NCBI RefSeq assembly: GCF_009660225.1
Contig: NZ_CP045920.1
Span: 2,406,079 to 2,430,078 of the forward strand
DNA from: Pseudactinotalea sp. HY158
GTDB taxonomy: Bacteria > Actinomycetota > Actinomycetes > Actinomycetales > Beutenbergiaceae
DNA: 24,000 bases
Reading direction: 5' to 3'
The position numbers and the translations under genes were made by a program. Below, one piece after another: positions 16,034 to 24,000 of the stretch. The notes below the pieces were generated by a model. It was not told the origin of the DNA and searched no databases. It saw only the letters and a list, made by a program, of their open reading frames with translations. Numbering within the stretch: the stretch's first letter is position 1; every line of letters starts with the position of its first letter.

Positions 16034-16450
16034 GGCCGGGAACCAGAGCGCGATCTCGGCCTCGGCGCTCTCGGGCGAGTCCGAGCCGTGCACGAGGTTC
16101 TGCTGCACGGCCAGGCCCCAGTCGCGCCCGAGGTCGCCCCGGATCGTGCCGGGCGCGGCGCCCGTGGGGTCCGTGGACCCGGCGAGGGAGCGGAACCCCT
16201 CGATCACCCGGTCGCCGCTCACGACGGCGGCCACGATCGGCCCGGAGAGCATGAACTCCACGAGCGGCTCGTAGAACGGCTTGCCCTCGTGCTCGGCGTA
16301 GTGCTGGGCCAGGAGCTCCCGGGAGGCGGCACGCACCTCGAGGGCGGTGAGCACGTAGCCCTTGGCCTCGACCCGGCGCAGGATCTCCCCGGTGAGGGAC
16401 CGGGCGACGCCGTCGGGCTTGATGAGGACGAGGGTGCGCTCTGTAGTCAT
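16028..16450 (-). CDS. ndk: Nucleoside diphosphate kinase
   Basis: The start is set at ATG 16450 (GAGGG 3 nt upstream), giving 140 aa: [32 protein letters not shown]...[20 protein letters not shown], with the NxxHGSD active-site His. The ORF-track 5' extension to 16537 is not credible. Confidence 0.95.
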   Translation of the reverse strand: MTTERTLVLIKPDGVARSLTGEILRRVEAKGYVLTALEVRAASRELLAQHYAEHEGKPFYEPLVEFMLSGPIVAAVVSGDRVIEGFRSLAGSTDPTGAAPGTIRGDLGRDWGLAVQQNLVHGSDSPESAEAEIALWFPAL

Positions 16451-16516
16451 GTCCCTCACCCTATCGCCGGTCACCACGCCCGCGATCCCGCCCCGAGCGG
16501 GGACCGTTCCCCAGAC

Positions 16517-16560
16517 GCGAACGGGCCCCGGCCGCATTGCGACCGGGGCCCGCTGTTCGC
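16517..16560 (-). terminator. Strong GC hairpin after the glycoside hydrolase gene (GCGAAC-GGGCCCCGG / 11-nt loop / CCGGGGCCC-(gct bulge)-GTTCGC)
   Basis: Inverted repeat read directly: a 9-bp perfect stem plus a 6-bp extension across a 3-nt bulge. It starts 10 nt downstream of the stop at 16570. No U tract. Confidence 0.5.
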
Positions 16561-16569
16561 CGAGACGGC

Positions 16570-19606
<3,037 letters not shown>

Positions 19607-19620
19607 CAGCACCGCCCGGA

Positions 19621-20043
19621 CTAGTCGTCCCCCGGGCGCCGCCGCAGTCGCTTGGTCTCGGACCGGAGCTGCTTCGCCGCACGCCGGCGCCGGACCGATC
19701 CGCGGGTGGGCCGGGTGGCGCGCCGGGGCGCGGACGGCGGACGCAGCGCCGCGCGCAGCAGCTCGGCGAGCCGGGCGATCGCGACCTCGCGGTTGCGCAG
19801 CTGGGAGCTGCGCTCGGAGGCGGTCACGGTCAGGGTCGTGCCCACGAGCCGGCCGGCGAGGCCGCCCTCGAGCCGGCGCCGTTGGGTCGGGCTGAGCACG
19901 GCCGAGGTCGCGATGTCCCACGACAGCTCGACCCGGCTGTCCGCGGTGTTCACGTGCTGGCCGCCGGGCCCGGAGGAGCGGGAGAACCGCCACCGCAGCT
20001 CCGCCGCCGGGATCGTCAGCGCCGGCGAGACCTGGACATCCAT
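19621..20043 (-). CDS. arfB: Alternative ribosome-rescue factor ArfB (peptidyl-tRNA hydrolase, RF-1 domain)
   Basis: The start is set at ATG 20043, giving 140 aa: MDVQVSPALTIPAAELRWRFSRSSGPGGQHVNTADSRVEL..., with a GGQ motif and a basic C-terminal tail (RRATRPTRGSVRRRRAAKQLRSETKRLRRR). Confidence 0.88.
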   Translation of the reverse strand: MDVQVSPALTIPAAELRWRFSRSSGPGGQHVNTADSRVELSWDIATSAVLSPTQRRRLEGGLAGRLVGTTLTVTASERSSQLRNREVAIARLAELLRAALRPPSAPRRATRPTRGSVRRRRAAKQLRSETKRLRRRPGDD

Positions 20044-20062
20044 GCGTCCAGCCTCGCACACG

Positions 20063-20485
20063 CTATCGGGTGCGCCCGCCCGCCTCCGCGGCGGCGTAGG
20101 CCGCCTTCTCACGGTCGATCTTCGCGCCGAGCACCATGGCGAGGATCCACAGCGCGGCGAAGACCGTGCCGAGGATCCACATCATCGGGATGATCAGTCC
20201 GGCGAGGATGCTCACGACCTGCACGAGGGAGCCGAGGATGCGCCCGGGCAAGCCCCGCAGGAGCGCCAGCGCCGCCAGGCACAGCGCGACCGCGAACCCG
20301 ACGACCGGCCAGATGACCTCCGGCGGCGCGAGCCGCAGCCCGTAGGCCACGAGCCCGGCGAATCCGAACACGAAGACCTGGGTTCCGAGCGTCGCAACGG
20401 CGAACAGGTGCCGGACGGATCGGCCGGCGGGCGCCGGCAGGCCGGGGCGGGCCGGCGGGGAATCGGAGGAGGGCGCGGTGGTCAC
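20063..20485 (-). CDS. Hypothetical integral membrane protein (about 4 TM helices)
   Basis: 140 aa with hydrophobic segments LFAVATLGTQVFVFGFAGLVAYGL, VIWPVVGFAVALCLAALALL, ILGSLVQVVSILAGLIIPMMWIL and VFAALWILAMVLGA. It lies 19 nt upstream of arfB and 24 nt downstream of dhaM. No family recognised. Confidence 0.55.
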   Translation of the reverse strand: MTTAPSSDSPPARPGLPAPAGRSVRHLFAVATLGTQVFVFGFAGLVAYGLRLAPPEVIWPVVGFAVALCLAALALLRGLPGRILGSLVQVVSILAGLIIPMMWILGTVFAALWILAMVLGAKIDREKAAYAAAEAGGRTR

Positions 20486-20509
20486 GACCTCACGGTACCC
20501 CGGGTCGGC

Positions 20510-21301
20510 CTAGTCCTCGCCGAACCCGTTCTCGAACTCCTCCTCGAGCCGGGTGAGCACGTCGCCGGCCTGCGGGCCGCTCGCCCGCAGCGTCGCCTCC
20601 GCCCCGCCCGTGAGGCCGAGCCCCATGAGCGCGAGGACGCTCGCCGCGGGGGTCTCGTTGATCGTCACCTCGGCGTCGTGATCGGCGACGATCCGCGCCA
20701 CCTGCGCGGCGGGTCGCGCATGCAGTCCGAGGCTGTTGCGCAGCGTCACGGTCCGCTCGAGGACGTCGGAGCTCGCCTCGTGATCGTCCGTCGCCTCCGC
20801 GGCGGCCGGGGCCGGGGTGGCCGGGGCCGCGGTGTCGGCCGTGCTGTCGGTGGCAGCAGAGTCGCCGCCAGGGTGGTCAGTGTCGTCGGCAGAGTCGGCA
20901 GCATCGGCAGAGCCGCCGGCGAACGCATCGATCGCGGTCCGCGCCGCCGCCGCGACCTGCGAGGCACTCGAACCGGTCTGGGCCGCGACGGCCGCCGCGA
21001 CGGCGCCCTCGACGAAGGGGGCGTCGACGATCGTGACCCCGCCGTCCAGTACCTCGGCGACCGATTCGGCGGTGAGGAGCGCGGAGCCGAGGTCGGAGAG
21101 CACGACGGCCTCGGCCCCGGCCTCCCGAACCCGTTCGACCATCTCCATGACCCGGTCGAAGCTCGTGCCGATGCGGTTGTCGTCGGTGCCGCCGGCGGCA
21201 TAGATCGGCACGTCGGGTGCCATCTGCGCGGCGACCTCGGCCGCTCCCTTGGCGAGGTTGCCCGAGTGGGAGACGAGCACGAGGCCCACCGCGATCGTCA
21301 C
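20510..21301 (-). CDS. dhaM: PTS-dependent dihydroxyacetone kinase phosphotransferase subunit DhaM (EIIA-Man-like domain + HPr-like domain)
   Basis: The start is set at GTG 21301, overlapping the dhaL TGA (GTGA), giving 263 aa. The N-terminus VGLVLVSHSGNLAKGAAEV carries the EIIA-Man-type His. A roughly 60-aa Ala/Asp/Thr-rich linker follows. The C-terminus RTVTLRNSLGLHARPAAQVARIV is HPr-like with His. The ORF-track extension to 21538 overlaps dhaL and is rejected. Confidence 0.82.
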   Translation of the reverse strand: MTIAVGLVLVSHSGNLAKGAAEVAAQMAPDVPIYAAGGTDDNRIGTSFDRVMEMVERVREAGAEAVVLSDLGSALLTAESVAEVLDGGVTIVDAPFVEGAVAAAVAAQTGSSASQVAAAARTAIDAFAGGSADAADSADDTDHPGGDSAATDSTADTAAPATPAPAAAEATDDHEASSDVLERTVTLRNSLGLHARPAAQVARIVADHDAEVTINETPAASVLALMGLGLTGGAEATLRASGPQAGDVLTRLEEEFENGFGED

Positions 21302-21953
21302 GGCGTGTCCCGCGCTGCGGCCGCCGCGGCCGCGAGCAGCATGGCCGAGGACTGCGCGCCCGGATCGCGGTGCCCGGCCGAGCGCTCGCCGAGGTAGGAC
21401 GCCCGGCCCTTGCGGGCGACCATCGGTTCGGTGGCGCGGGCGCCGGCCTCCGCGGCGGCCGAGGCCTCGGCCCACACGGCGACCGGATCGGACCCGGACT
21501 CGGCCGCGGCGCGCGCGGCCGTGGCGGCGGCGTCCCACGCGTCCACCATCGTCTTGTCGCCGGGCTCGGCCTTGCCGCGGGCGACGAGGCCGGCCAGCCC
21601 GGCCTCGAGCAGCTCGGCCACGCCGGTCGCGTCGAGCCCGCCGGCCCGGTTGTCCGCCTCCCCGGCGGCCTTGCCGGCGCGGAGGAAGGCGGTGCCGTAC
21701 AGCGGACCGGCGGCGCCGCCCACGGTCGACATGAGGGTGGTGGCCACGAGCTTGAAGGTCTCGCCCAGCTGGGCCGGGGCGGCGGAGTCGAGCTTCGCCG
21801 CGACGGCGGAGAAGCCCCGGTCGAGGTTCTCGCCGTGGTCACCGTCGCCGATGGCCCGGTCCAGGTCGTTCAGCGCCGCGCGCTCATCGGACGTGATCCG
21901 GGCACAGGCCTGGATCCAGGCCACGGCCCACTCGTTGCCGAGCACCTTCTCAC

Positions 21954-21957
<4 letters not shown>
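21298..21957 (-). CDS. dhaL: Dihydroxyacetone kinase ADP-binding subunit DhaL
   Basis: 219 aa. LNDLDRAIGDGDHGENLDRGF is the DhaL Asp-rich nucleotide/Mg site, followed by VGGAAGPLYGTAFL and GDKTMVDAW. There is a 4-nt overlap with dhaK. Confidence 0.92.
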
Positions 21958-22961
<1,004 letters not shown>

Positions 22962-22997
22962 GGCCAACCTCCAGTGGAGCTACCGAACTCACTGCCG

Positions 22998-23026
22998 ATC
23001 CTACTGCCCCACACGCACGCTGTCTG
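22998..23026 (-). promoter_or_regulatory. Candidate dhaKLM promoter
   Basis: Minus strand reads CAGACA (23026-23021) - 17 nt - TAGGAT (23003-22998), about 36 nt upstream of the dhaK ATG. Pattern match only. Confidence 0.3.
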
Positions 23027-23033
23027 GTGCCGG

Positions 23034-24000
23034 TCACGACCCGTCGCGGTACGCCTCGAGCAGGCGCAGCCACACCTCACTCACGGTCGGGAAGGCGGGC
23101 ACCGCGTGCCACAGCCGCGCGATCGGCACCTCGCCCGCGATCGCGATCGCCCCGGCCTGCGCGAGCTCGGCCACGTCCTGGCCCACGAACGTCAGGCCGA
23201 CGATCACCTGCCGGTCGGCGTCGACGACCATCCGGGCAGCGCCGCGGTAGCCGTCGGCCATGAGGGCGGCCCCGGCGACGGCGCCCAGGTCCACGTCGAC
23301 CACGCGGGTCCGCACCCCCTGCTCCCGGCAGTCGGCCTCGGTCAGCCCGACGGAGGCGACCTGCGGATCGGTGAAGACCACGGCCGTGGCCGCGCGCTGG
23401 TCGGCGGTCGCCGCGTGCGCGCCCCACGGGGAGTCGTCGATCCGGGCGCCGTGCCCACCGGAGTCTGCGCGGGCGGCGCGGGCCATGATCGCCCCCGCCG
23501 CGATGCGGGCCTGATACTTGCCCTGATGGGTGAGCAGCCGGCGGCCGTTCACGTCGCCCGCGGCGTAGAGCCAGTCGATCCCCGCGCCGTCCGGCCCGGT
23601 GACCCGGAGGGTCTCGTCCACCGCGAGCCATGCGCCGTCGGTCAGCCCGACCACGGCGAGCCCGAGTCCGTCGGTGCGGGGCCCGCGGCCGGTGGCCACG
23701 AGGATCTCCTCACCGGTGACGCGCTCGCCGCCGGAGAGTTCGACCGTCACCCGCGCATCCGGCGCCGCGGCGTCGTCCCGGGTCACGCGCGTGGCCGTGG
23801 CCCCCGTGTGGAAGCGCACCCCGCGGGCGGCCAGGGCGGAGCGCACATGCTCGGCCGCGACGGGTTCGAGCGTTCCCAGCAGCCGGCCCGCCTCGATCAC
23901 GGTGACCTCGGCACCGAGGTCGGCGTAGGCGCAGGCCGACTCGCAGCCGACGACCCCGCCGCCGAGCACGATGAGCGAGCCGGGGACGGCGCGCGCGGAC
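23034..24000 (-). CDS. Class I pyridine nucleotide-disulfide oxidoreductase (dihydrolipoamide dehydrogenase / mycothione- or mercuric-reductase-like); N-terminus outside the window
   Basis: The frame stays open to the window edge (...SARAVPGSLIVLGGGVVGCESA is the NAD-binding GxGxxG). It also has EILVATGRGP, LYAAGDVNG (FAD GD motif) and a C-terminal dimerisation domain with VPAFPTVSEVW. The redox-active Cys pair would lie upstream of 24000, so the subfamily cannot be assigned. Confidence 0.78.
   Translation of the reverse strand, partial: SARAVPGSLIVLGGGVVGCESACAYADLGAEVTVIEAGRLLGTLEPVAAEHVRSALAARGVRFHTGATATRVTRDDAAAPDARVTVELSGGERVTGEEILVATGRGPRTDGLGLAVVGLTDGAWLAVDETLRVTGPDGAGIDWLYAAGDVNGRRLLTHQGKYQARIAAGAIMARAARADSGGHGARIDDSPWGAHAATADQRAATAVVFTDPQVASVGLTEADCREQGVRTRVVDVDLGAVAGAALMADGYRGAARMVVDADRQVIVGLTFVGQDVAELAQAGAIAIAGEVPIARLWHAVPAFPTVSEVWLRLLEAYRDGS

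Noticed and set aside
16451-16537. ORF-track N-terminal extensions of ndk (to 16537), the hydrolase (to 19569), arfB (to 20112), dhaM (to 21538), rimM (to 3913) and lepB (to 1678)
   Set aside because: The extensions overlap upstream genes or terminator hairpins and lack homology-like sequence. Internal starts with good SD sites or canonical protein N-termini are available.
20063-20485. Assigning the 140-aa membrane protein to the DUF4233 family (the folC-DUF4233-ndk context in actinobacteria)
   Set aside because: The context does not fit: the upstream neighbour is dhaM rather than folC, and ndk is 3.5 kb away. I cannot verify sequence similarity by eye, so it stays hypothetical.

Overview
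High-GC actinobacterial chromosome segment (hand-counted 60-nt lines in core genes give 48-49 G+C of 60). Every credible gene lies on the minus strand; the long plus-strand ORFs are antisense shadows. The backbone is the conserved translation / SRP / chromosome-segregation neighbourhood: rnhB(partial)-lepB-rplS-trmD-rimM-KH protein-rpsP, then amidohydrolase-ffh-ftsY-small membrane ORF-smc-ndk. After that come a large LPXTG-anchored (alpha/alpha)6-type glycoside hydrolase, arfB, a 4-TM membrane protein, the dhaKLM dihydroxyacetone kinase operon and a partial flavoprotein disulfide oxidoreductase. The main finding is a roughly 2.9 kb lower-GC insert (about 4.9-7.7 kb) between rpsP and the amidohydrolase/ffh block. 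It is a translationally coupled three-gene operon: an XRE-HTH/AbiEi-like protein, a minimal nucleotidyltransferase (AbiEii/DUF1814-like), and an AbiH-like protein. It has its own candidate leaderless promoter with a palindromic operator, and no integrase, transposase or tRNA. I read it as a candidate composite abortive-infection/defence module whose three-gene coupling I do not recognise as described. Secondary observations: an in-frame TrmD-GNAT fusion; a stretch of smc where the off-frame translations look more SMC-like than the annotated frame; several phased intergenic tandem repeats (14 bp x4-5 upstream of the hydrolase, 11 bp x3 between ndk and smc); a 15-bp coding VNTR in rnhB; and recurrent GAACGGGCCC-stem hairpins. 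All family assignments come from motif recognition by eye; no database search was run.
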